DNA from: Planctomycetota bacterium
GTDB taxonomy: Bacteria; Planctomycetota; SZUA-567; H5-PLA8
Direction: 5' to 3'
DNA length: 64,000 nucleotides
NCBI GenBank assembly: GCA_038227875.1
Contig: JBBRPR010000048.1
Coordinates: 1-64,000 of the forward strand
Part shown: positions 9,772 through 18,613 of the stretch, one piece after another
Position numbering within the stretch: the stretch's first letter is position 1
Layout of the letters: each line of letters starts with the position of its first letter
Program-made: the position numbers and the translations under genes
Notes under the pieces: generated by a model
Databases searched by the model: none
What the model was told of the DNA's origin: nothing
Seen by the model: only the letters and a program-made list of their open reading frames with translations

Positions 9772-10914
9772 ATGTACTTCAAACGGTTCATGATCATCAT
9801 AATTCTTTCGCCATGCATGGCAGGTGCGGCGGCACACGCTGGCGAGGTCCTGACAGCGGGTAGCATTAATTCTACGGCATCAACCCCAACGGCAATCGTA
9901 GTAAATGCAACCGCTCCTAGCGGTGGTGTTCCGCCATACAGCTATCATTGGTATCGCTCTACAACGCCGGACTCGGGGCTGGGAACCAACGAATTGATTC
10001 CTCTGCTGTCCGATGACCTCTCCGAGGGCAATGGCATTCAAGGTTCCGCGACGTTAGTACTGGTCGATGGGTCCAAATTAATTCCGCATAAATTGTACTA
10101 TTACACGCTGGTCGCCACAGACATTCGAAATCAGAAAATTGTCTATCGGCCGCAAGGAGCGACGCTAGCGCTTCAGCCCATCATCATTCTCTATATTTCG
10201 GATAGCATTCATACGCTAAAGCAATTGGGAAACACTGTTGCTCCCGCAGAAGGCCGGTTTCCCAACTCCAACACGAACGACAGCGTTCCGACGCTCATGG
10301 GCTCTTTCCTTGGCGTGATGGGCGGCTTGCGTTCTGTAACTATTGTCAATCAGAGTCGCGGCGGCTCGTCATCGGAAGATTGGCGGCCCGACAATTCGGC
10401 CACCCAATATTTTGCAAAAGCTTTGGCCGAATTGAACGCCGCAAAGGCCGCCAATCCCAACGCTAAAGTTTATGCCTGCATCACGCACGGCACCAACGAT
10501 TGCCATGCAGCACCGCGCGGAGCTCCGTCGCATGCGGCGCTGACCGTGGAGCGCCATGTCGAAAATTTGCAGGCCATGATTAAAGCTCTCACTGCCGCTG
10601 GCTGCGATGGCATCTCGATCAATTCCTCACCTTCGTTCACGAATCCTCCGGAGTACTTCTTCGAAGGCAGCAGTAACGCACACATTCCTTTTGGTCCCGC
10701 ACAGAAAGCGTTGCTGTTCTCCTACCGTGCGGCAGAACGAGCCATGGCCAATGGAGCGACGGTGAAGTACGGCGAGGGTGCGGCATTCGAGGTGTTCGAG
10801 CAGCGTCCTGCGCTCCTTTACGACGGTGTCCATTTGACCGATGACGGCATTAAGCTCTATGCCATGTTGGACGCCCTGGCTTTTCACGACAACTGGTTGA
10901 AATCCGGGAATTGA
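9772..10914 (+). CDS. Secreted SGNH/GDSL hydrolase with N-terminal Ig/Fn3-like domain
   Basis: Blocks ISDSI, SRGGSSS, HGTND, DGVH; SGGVPPYSYHWYRS Ig-like motif; signal peptide. Confidence 0.75.
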   Translation: MYFKRFMIIIILSPCMAGAAAHAGEVLTAGSINSTASTPTAIVVNATAPSGGVPPYSYHWYRSTTPDSGLGTNELIPLLSDDLSEGNGIQGSATLVLVDGSKLIPHKLYYYTLVATDIRNQKIVYRPQGATLALQPIIILYISDSIHTLKQLGNTVAPAEGRFPNSNTNDSVPTLMGSFLGVMGGLRSVTIVNQSRGGSSSEDWRPDNSATQYFAKALAELNAAKAANPNAKVYACITHGTNDCHAAPRGAPSHAALTVERHVENLQAMIKALTAAGCDGISINSSPSFTNPPEYFFEGSSNAHIPFGPAQKALLFSYRAAERAMANGATVKYGEGAAFEVFEQRPALLYDGVHLTDDGIKLYAMLDALAFHDNWLKSGN

Positions 10915-10965
10915 TCACTCGGCCACAGTAGGCAGAGTGCAGAAAATCGAAATGCCGGAAAAAGT

Positions 10966-10994
10966 TTAACTCTTGGCGAGTGGTGCGGGGACAA
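10966..10994 (+). promoter_or_regulatory. Putative ECF-sigma promoter, copy 1 (TTAACTCT-N10-TGCG-N3-ACAA)
   Basis: Same motif and spacing recur at 12426-12454. Confidence 0.6.
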
Positions 10995-10998
10995 TGTT

Positions 10999-12366
10999 AT
11001 GGAATGTGGATGCCAGGGGACGGATGTGTGTCGAGCTAAAAGCGTAACGGATCACGAACTGCTTCGGCAGTATGCTTCAACTGGTTCCAGCGAGGCCTTC
11101 GACTCTCTTGTCGAGCGCCATTCGGCCTTGGTTTATTCCGTTTGCTACCGTGTGTTGCTGGATCGGCAGTGGGCAGAAGACGCCACCCAGGCTGTGTTTC
11201 TGATTCTGATGAAGAAGCCCTGTGTATCGCCGGACTTCAATCTTCCGGGCTGGCTACATGGATGCGCCGTTCGCATCGCCCTTAAAATCAAGCGAGTTCA
11301 GTACCGTCGTGCCCTGCGAGAACGAGGACGTATGGCTCCCATTGCAAGTCCATCAGATGAATCGGCGCGTCTGCTCTGGAATGAAATCAAGTCGCACGTT
11401 GATTCCGCATTGGCCGCGTTGCCTGCGTTGCAGCGCGACGCCATTGTGCTTCGCTATCTCAATGGACTCACCGAGCTTCAGGCGGCCAAGAGCGTTGGCT
11501 GCAGTCAGGCTACGCTGCACAGCCGGGTGCGCCTGGGATTGGCCAGGTTGCGGGAGCGATTGAAGCGTAACGGTCTAACGGCATCGGCGTCGTCATTGCA
11601 GTTGGCATTGACTCTCGCGCCCACCGAGCAGGTGTCGGCAACATTGACTGAATCTATTAAATATATTTGTACCGGGAATGGAACACCTTCGTCGGCAGTT
11701 TCCGAGCTTGCACGAACCGTAAAAACTTCCATTTCAGCCAAATTTGTATGTGGGAGTTTGTTTCTTTTAGGCGCGTGCGCTTTCACAATACTCGCGTTTC
11801 GCAATCCCTCCATTAGTAGGGGTATTGCCGCCAATTCGCCGCAATTGAATGCGGACTATTCAATGTCGAACAAAACAGTTTGGAGTTTTGAAAAGGTACA
11901 TACTCAAGAGGTCCCCGTAACGCTCCACGGAAAGGCCGCGATCGCGTGTCGCATAACACCAGATCAACTCAATGTGCCAGGCAAAGCCGTTGCCCATTTC
12001 GATTCGCTTCCAGCGAACTTCAGACTGGAATACGATTTTCAAATCGAGACAGGGCGTGGAGAAATAATCTGCTTCGCCCAAGGCATGGGCGTCTATGTCA
12101 AAGATGCAAAAATTGTCAAACCGGAATACGAAAAGGGGGTCTGGTACCATTGGACAATGGAAATTCAGCACGATTCCAATAGCACGAATTTTCCGGCGCA
12201 CCAGGTTGTCAGATACACTCTCGACGGAAAATTGATGGTCAAAGGTGAAGTCGAGAAATACGTGAGAACGGTCACGCTGGATTTCGATACAGCTAGTGTC
12301 CTGATAGCAAATTTTTCTATTACGGACCTCGGCAAGAGCCCGGATTCCAACAGCGAGCACCGTTAA
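10999..12366 (+). CDS. ECF sigma-70 factor with C-terminal TM helix and extracytoplasmic domain
   Basis: DHELL..AFDSLVERH..AEDATQAVFLIL..GWL; region 4 LP..QRDAIVLRYLNGL..SRVRLGLARLR; TM FVCGSLFLLGACAFTILAF. Confidence 0.9.
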   Translation: MECGCQGTDVCRAKSVTDHELLRQYASTGSSEAFDSLVERHSALVYSVCYRVLLDRQWAEDATQAVFLILMKKPCVSPDFNLPGWLHGCAVRIALKIKRVQYRRALRERGRMAPIASPSDESARLLWNEIKSHVDSALAALPALQRDAIVLRYLNGLTELQAAKSVGCSQATLHSRVRLGLARLRERLKRNGLTASASSLQLALTLAPTEQVSATLTESIKYICTGNGTPSSAVSELARTVKTSISAKFVCGSLFLLGACAFTILAFRNPSISRGIAANSPQLNADYSMSNKTVWSFEKVHTQEVPVTLHGKAAIACRITPDQLNVPGKAVAHFDSLPANFRLEYDFQIETGRGEIICFAQGMGVYVKDAKIVKPEYEKGVWYHWTMEIQHDSNSTNFPAHQVVRYTLDGKLMVKGEVEKYVRTVTLDFDTASVLIANFSITDLGKSPDSNSEHR

Positions 12367-12425
12367 TTCTATTTTCTGCCCTGCCAACGCCTGTCTAAAT
12401 TATTTTCTCCAATTTCGAATATTTA

Positions 12426-12454
12426 TTAACTCTCGAAGCGCGCTGCGAGAACAA
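12426..12454 (+). promoter_or_regulatory. Putative ECF-sigma promoter, copy 2
   Basis: TTAACTCT-N10-TGCG-N3-ACAA about 90 bp upstream of the 1730-aa gene. Confidence 0.6.
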
Positions 12455-12545
12455 CGTATTGTCGTTGTTTAAAAGTGATCAGCTCGGTGAATTTTCGAGT
12501 TCACGTTGATTGAAAGTGAACTGACACCCTCACGGAGATCGCGCG

Positions 12546-15500
12546 ATGAACCTTGTTTTCAAGTTTCTATCTGTTGTCAGTGCGGGCAGGTTTGCTTCTT
12601 TTCTGATTTTAGTAACGCTGGCGACAGTCAGTGGCAGGGGACACGCGTCGTGCGCAGATGCCGCGGTTCAAGTCAGCGCCACCACGGTGGAGAATCCGCC
12701 TTCAATCACTCTGACTTGGCCTAACACAGTCGGAATAACTCAATATTCAATCTACCGTAAATTGCGCACGGATAATACTTTTGGAACGGCTGTCGCTCAG
12801 GTGGGCGCCGCTGGAATCTGGACTGATACCAACGTAACGCCAGGCGTGAAGTACGAATATCATATTAGTGGGCTATACATGCAAAGTGGCTTTTCGCGAT
12901 TGGCGGACGGCTACATCTGCTCAGGAATTCGCATACCCGCCGAAGACCATCACGGAACCGTAATTCTCATCGTGGATACTACGGTCGCCTCGGCGCTCAA
13001 TGCGGAATTGGAGCAACTCAAGCAGGACTTCATTGGAGATGGCTGGTCGGTGATTCGACATGATGTTCCCCGCCACACCGGTTCCTACCGCGTCCAATTC
13101 GGTCCAATTGCAACTACGGATCCCGCCGATGTGGCAATTGTGAAAAACCTGATCAAAACCGACTACGCTGCTGCGCCGGCCGAAGTCCGTTCAGTTCTGC
13201 TCTTCGGTCATGTCCCTGTCCCGTATGCAGGATCATTTGCACCTGACGGCCATGGTGACCACGTCGGCGCCTGGCCCGCGGATGTTTATTATGGCGACAT
13301 GACCGGAACCTGGACCGACACCGGTACATCTACGGGCAATACTCCCGGCGATGGCCGGTTCGACCAAACCATTATTCCTGCGCCAGTAACTTTGGAAGTG
13401 GGACGAGTGGATTTATCCAATCTTCCTTCGTTTGCTCCTTCCGAAACAGAATTGCTGCGAAACTATCTAAACAAAGATCATAAGCACCGCCTTGCGGTGA
13501 ATGTTCTCGCGCGCCGAGCCACTGTGTGGGATCGCTTTTGGGATACCGGTCTCGTGGAGGGCTTCGGGTCGAGTGGTTATCGAGCTTGGGCAGGCATGGT
13601 TGGCGCGGCTAATATTACGTACACGGATTTCGGGGTCGCCACCACGAATTCTTATCTGTGCGGCTATCTCGCTGACGCAGGACGAATGGACGGCGCCGGC
13701 GGAACGTCCACTGTGTCCATGGCTCAACAGGATTATAAAATCGCATTTTATCTAACCTTTGGAAGTTGGTTTGGGGATTGGAATAGTACCGATAATTTTC
13801 TCCGCGCACCGCTGGCCACATCCAGTTATGGATTGATTAATGCCTGGTCGGGCCGCCCCAATTGGTTCGTTCATCCTGTGGCGCTGGGCGCGACGTGGGG
13901 TGAGGCTGCAAAATTGACGCAGAATAATAATAATCAGTTCAGTGAGTATACGCCGCAAGGCTTCTACCCCAATTGCGTACAAATTGCCTTAATGGGCGAT
14001 CCGACATTGCGACTTTTCTCAGTGTTGCCTCCGACCAATCTGACTCTCGCGCGGGCTGGCAATCACCCGGTGTTGACATGGGTCGCGTCGCCTGACGCAA
14101 CATTGGGATATCATGTTTTCCGCGCCAGCAACGCGGCGGGTCCTTTCACCCGTGTTACGGCCACTCCCATTACCACTACGACATGGATTGACAGCACTGT
14201 CTCCGCCGGCTTGGCGTATTATCAGGTTAAGACCATCAAGTTGGAGACAACCAGCAGCGGCACCTACGAAAATCGCAGTCAGGCTCTGAGTGGCAGCATC
14301 GACGTGGGCACGGGCAACCAGGCGCCGACGGCCATTGCCCAGTCGGTAATCACGAATGAAGATACGGCCAAGTCCATCACGCTTCGCGGCAGCGACCCGG
14401 AGGGCAGTCCCCTAACATTCGCGATCGCCTCCCAACCAGCGCATGGAACCGTGACCCTGAGCGGCGCGGCGGCGACCTACGCACCGTCGGCCAATTACAA
14501 CGGTGCCGATAGCTTCACCTTCACGGCAAACGACGGCGCGCAGAATTCTGCGCCAGCCACAGTTTCAATCAGTGTGGCAGCGGTCAACGACGCCCCCGTA
14601 GCGACAGCACAGAGCGTCACGACTGTGGCAGGGACTGTTAAAGCAATCGTCTTGACGGGCACCGATGTAGAGGGCAGTGCTTTATCCTTCGCCATTACGA
14701 CTCAGCCTGCTCACGGCACAGTGACGTTGAGCGGTGCGACAGCGACCTACAATCCGGCCGCCAACTACACGGGCGCTGACAGCTTCACATTCACAGCCAA
14801 CGACGGAGCGCTGACCTCCGCGGCAGCAACGGTAAGCATCGTCGTCACTGCCAAGCCGAACACTCCTCCGAACATTGTTTCTCCGGCTACGGCGTCACCC
14901 AACCCGGCGACAGTGGGTCAGAACGTGGGATTTGTCGTCGCAGCAAACGATGCCGACAACGACGCGCTGACGTATGTCTGGAATTTCGGCGACAGCAGCA
15001 CCGCCTCGACCGCCAACACGACTCACAGCTATGCCGCGGCTGGCACGTATAATGTGAGTGTGACCGTCAGCGATGGCAAAGCGTCGGTTGTCAGCAGCGT
15101 ATCCCTCGTCGTGAATATCCCGCAGAACAATCCGCCTGTAGCTCTGTTCACCGCGACGCCGACGACAGGGGTGGCGCCGCTTTCGGTCAATTTCGACGCC
15201 AGTGCATCGAGCGATTCGGACGGAACAATCGCAGCGTACGCCTGGCAATTTGGCGATGGAGCGACGGCGGCCGGAAAGACTGCGTTGCACGTGTACGCCA
15301 GTGGCACGTTCTCTGTGACGCTCACGGTCACCGATAATCTCGGCTCCAAAACCAGCACGACTAAAAGTATTATCGTGTCCGCTGGCGATGGCCTTGTCGC
15401 CTATTGGAAGCTGGATGAAACTACGGGCGCGATCGCCAAGGATTCGTCCGGCAATTCTCGCGACGCCTCAGTGAAAGCCGGCACAAGTTGGACGACCGCA

Positions 15501-17738
15501 GGTGTGATTAATGGCGCGCTTCAGTTCGGGGGCAGCGGTGGTTATGCGATGGCACCGGAGATGCGCAACGCGTTTCCCGACAAAACTGTGACGATCGCGG
15601 CGTGGTTCAAGGCCGATGGTGCCGGCGTCATCATCGACGAATTGAACACCACGGCACCGAACAACAATCAATGGCACGACAGCCAGATCGAGATTCTCTC
15701 CGATGGCACCGTGAAAGTGCGCGTTTGGAATCTTACAGCGGAGACCATAGGCAAAGTCGCTTTTGGGCAGTGGCACCACGCAGTGGTTCGGTACAACCAG
15801 GCCACGCGAACCCTCGACGGATTCCTGGACGGCATCGTTGCGGCCAGCAGTACCGTCGCTGACCGGACTGCGCCGTGGGATTTGGGCTACGGTCTGTGCT
15901 ACGGGTTGGGTGCGACTGACAGTACGAATCTCGGCTCCGGTGCGTATTTCAAAGGTTCGATGGATGAAGTTCGGATCTATAACCGCGCGCTGACGGCCGC
16001 GGATGTCGCCACCCTGTATTCGTTGCGCGCAACCAATATCCCGCCGGTGGCCCGCCTCACCGCGACGCCGACTACTGGGCCCGCGCCACTCACGGTCAGT
16101 TTCGACGGAAGTACGTCGAGTGACTCGGATGGTACAATCGCGACGTACGCGTGGCAATTCGGCGACGGCGCAACGGCGAGTGGCAAAACCGCGACCCATG
16201 TCTATTCGCTCGGAACGTTCACTGCGACTTTAACGGTCACCGACAACCTCGGCGCGACCAACAGCATCACGACAACAATCACTAGCACGGCACCAGCGAC
16301 CGGTTTGCGCGAAGGAGGCTTCGAGACTCCAAATGTGGGCCCCGCTGGCAACTGGTTTTCATTCCAATATGGGCCACTCGGTTCAGCCTGGAGTTTCGTC
16401 GGGGGCGGGGGGATCGCGGCTAACGTCAGCGGCTTCACCGTCAGCAATCCCAGCGCGCCTGAAGGCGTGCAGGTTGCCTTTATTCAGGGGCAGGGCTCAT
16501 TTAAGCAGACTTCGACTCTCAACCCTGGCACCTACCAACTTACCTTCCAGGCAGCGCAGCGGAAGAACGCTCAGGCCAGTGCGCAGACATTCCGAACGCT
16601 CGTGGATGGTCAGGAAGTCGGCCGCTTCACACCCGCGAGCGGCAATTATGAAAACTGCACAACTGCGCGCTTCACGCTCACCGCAGGGGCGCACACGGTT
16701 ATGTTCGAAGGTCTAAATCCGAACGGCGGCGACAACACGGCATTGCTGGACAATGTGATTCTGAAAAATGCCTCTGTCGCGACCGCCACAATCTCCCTGA
16801 CGGCAGATAACGAATACACCGAATTGTATTTTAACGGCAATTCGATCCCTCCCGGTGCCAATGCCAAGAACTTGTTTGCCGTCGATACCTTTGCGGACGT
16901 GGCGGCGTTAAACTGCATCGCGGTGAAAGCTGGCAACTATGAGCCAGGAACAAACTGGGCCGGCTTTTGCGCGAAAGTAATCCTGAGCGGCGGGACGAGC
17001 TTAGTCTCGGATGCGACGTGGAAGGTCTATTCCAACGGCACGGGTACACCGCCACCGAACGATGCAAGCGGTCGCAAGTGGAGTGATTCAGGCTACGACG
17101 ACAGTTCGTGGCAAGTGCCGACGTCAGGCGGAACCTTCGGCGTTGGACCCTGGGGCAATTTCACGTCGAGCCTCAGTGGCGCCCAATGGATCTGGGCCGG
17201 CGACATTGCGCGTGGCGTCAGCCCGGTTTACTTCCGCAAAACGCTCGCGCCTGCCGCTGAAACAGCGCGCCCGCTCTCCTCGCTCGCGGAGGCAGCGACG
17301 CCGCCCCCCAATTCACTCACGGTTACGAAACTGTCTGGCTCAATACTGCAGAAAAAGCGAAACATGAACGCCTGCGCAGTCGAAGGGCAATTCAGCTCGA
17401 CGCTTGCCCTGAAGGGACTGACGCTGAATCTGGACGTGGGTGGCGCAATCGAACAGTTTACACTCAATGCCCGCGGCCAGGGAAAGACGGCGCATGGAAC
17501 AATCCGGCTGACGCCATCGCCAAAAGTGAAAAGTTCCATAATATTCAAGGCGACGCTCAAGCACGGCGACTGGCCGTCACTCTGGGTAAACCAAGTTGAT
17601 CCCACGACCAAACAGACACTCGCGCCCGTGTACGTCAACTTGGCCATCAGGATTGGCGATGCGCTCTACATCGGTGGTATCGAGAGCCTGTACTCCAATC
17701 GGTCTAAATCGACAGGAACCTTTCATTCAATTCAGTGA
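12546..17738 (+). CDS. Large secreted multidomain protein: Fn3-like, gingipain(C25)-like, two Big_9/tandem-95, three PKD, LamG, carbohydrate-binding-like domains, C-terminal beta domain
   Basis: VLLFGHVPVPY..PDGH..WPADVYY..EVGRVD; NQAPTA..TNED..DPEG..APSANYNGADSFTF x2; W.FGD PKD motifs x3; LVAYWKLDE..MDEVRIYNRALT. Confidence 0.85.
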   Translation: MNLVFKFLSVVSAGRFASFLILVTLATVSGRGHASCADAAVQVSATTVENPPSITLTWPNTVGITQYSIYRKLRTDNTFGTAVAQVGAAGIWTDTNVTPGVKYEYHISGLYMQSGFSRLADGYICSGIRIPAEDHHGTVILIVDTTVASALNAELEQLKQDFIGDGWSVIRHDVPRHTGSYRVQFGPIATTDPADVAIVKNLIKTDYAAAPAEVRSVLLFGHVPVPYAGSFAPDGHGDHVGAWPADVYYGDMTGTWTDTGTSTGNTPGDGRFDQTIIPAPVTLEVGRVDLSNLPSFAPSETELLRNYLNKDHKHRLAVNVLARRATVWDRFWDTGLVEGFGSSGYRAWAGMVGAANITYTDFGVATTNSYLCGYLADAGRMDGAGGTSTVSMAQQDYKIAFYLTFGSWFGDWNSTDNFLRAPLATSSYGLINAWSGRPNWFVHPVALGATWGEAAKLTQNNNNQFSEYTPQGFYPNCVQIALMGDPTLRLFSVLPPTNLTLARAGNHPVLTWVASPDATLGYHVFRASNAAGPFTRVTATPITTTTWIDSTVSAGLAYYQVKTIKLETTSSGTYENRSQALSGSIDVGTGNQAPTAIAQSVITNEDTAKSITLRGSDPEGSPLTFAIASQPAHGTVTLSGAAATYAPSANYNGADSFTFTANDGAQNSAPATVSISVAAVNDAPVATAQSVTTVAGTVKAIVLTGTDVEGSALSFAITTQPAHGTVTLSGATATYNPAANYTGADSFTFTANDGALTSAAATVSIVVTAKPNTPPNIVSPATASPNPATVGQNVGFVVAANDADNDALTYVWNFGDSSTASTANTTHSYAAAGTYNVSVTVSDGKASVVSSVSLVVNIPQNNPPVALFTATPTTGVAPLSVNFDASASSDSDGTIAAYAWQFGDGATAAGKTALHVYASGTFSVTLTVTDNLGSKTSTTKSIIVSAGDGLVAYWKLDETTGAIAKDSSGNSRDASVKAGTSWTTAGVINGALQFGGSGGYAMAPEMRNAFPDKTVTIAAWFKADGAGVIIDELNTTAPNNNQWHDSQIEILSDGTVKVRVWNLTAETIGKVAFGQWHHAVVRYNQATRTLDGFLDGIVAASSTVADRTAPWDLGYGLCYGLGATDSTNLGSGAYFKGSMDEVRIYNRALTAADVATLYSLRATNIPPVARLTATPTTGPAPLTVSFDGSTSSDSDGTIATYAWQFGDGATASGKTATHVYSLGTFTATLTVTDNLGATNSITTTITSTAPATGLREGGFETPNVGPAGNWFSFQYGPLGSAWSFVGGGGIAANVSGFTVSNPSAPEGVQVAFIQGQGSFKQTSTLNPGTYQLTFQAAQRKNAQASAQTFRTLVDGQEVGRFTPASGNYENCTTARFTLTAGAHTVMFEGLNPNGGDNTALLDNVILKNASVATATISLTADNEYTELYFNGNSIPPGANAKNLFAVDTFADVAALNCIAVKAGNYEPGTNWAGFCAKVILSGGTSLVSDATWKVYSNGTGTPPPNDASGRKWSDSGYDDSSWQVPTSGGTFGVGPWGNFTSSLSGAQWIWAGDIARGVSPVYFRKTLAPAAETARPLSSLAEAATPPPNSLTVTKLSGSILQKKRNMNACAVEGQFSSTLALKGLTLNLDVGGAIEQFTLNARGQGKTAHGTIRLTPSPKVKSSIIFKATLKHGDWPSLWVNQVDPTTKQTLAPVYVNLAIRIGDALYIGGIESLYSNRSKSTGTFHSIQ

Positions 17739-18440
17739 TTTGCCGCGATATGACGACGACGTGATCATGGGGATTTCATTGGGTTTACTTCGGTGAGATC
17801 TGCGCTATTGCTGGTGGAACTTCAATCATGCCCGCGCTGCACGCGTACTTTTTGATGTGCGCGAATCCCGTGGTTTCGAAGGTCGCATACAATGACTTGC
17901 TGACTGAAATCACCACTACTGAAAGCCGTTATCGCTCTCCGTCTTAGATTTCAAGACGGGCGGAAAACCTTGAATTGCCGAAGCGCTCCCAAAAACGCAT
18001 GGTCAAGTCGCCCCCAAATTTCGCATTTTTCGCACTTCTGAAATTCGGCAATCCAATTAAATCGCCTCCATGATACTGATGAGAAACTTCATTGTTGGGA
18101 AGTGCCTTCAGTCGAATGATCAAGTCAAGGTGTCGGCATCAGCAATGCGCATACGAAGTCGAACAGATAATCTGGAGCAAGTTTAGTGTGGTAAAATTTG
18201 ATGGTAATATAGATTATTCAACGTATTGATTTGAAACGACTTGCATTAGGACGCTCTCCCTGTGAGGGAAGGTGGAGCCGGCTAGGCGAATCGGATGGGC
18301 TGAGGTTGTTTGCGAGGGCGGCACTGGTGGTTAAGGGCCTGCAACAAAGGACCCAACTCTCAAAGTGCCATTCTTAGCGTCTTCGCGGCGGCTCGACTGA
18401 GCTCGCCGAAGTCTTTGTGTGAGAATATAAACCCGCAGTT

Positions 18441-18472
18441 CTTTGCGTCTTTGCGTTTCTGCGTCTTTGCGC
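18441..18472. repeat. Octamer tandem repeat (CTTTGCGT)x4, imperfect
   Basis: ctttgcgt ctttgcgt ttctgcgt ctttgcgc. Confidence 0.7.
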
Positions 18473-18613
18473 GAGACCAGAAACCCCGCGAATGTAATGT
18501 GCGAATTGATCTAATCCATGGGTTCTTTGCCGACGCATAGCGCAATTGCACCCGTGAGGTGTAAGAAGGATGCACGATTCTTACGCGAAATGTTCAATTC
18601 AGGAGCAAGCCCC

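Noticed and set aside
17740..18500. Possible gene or ncRNA in the gap after the giant protein
   Set aside because: No convincing ORF or recognisable RNA family; only short repeats and hairpins.
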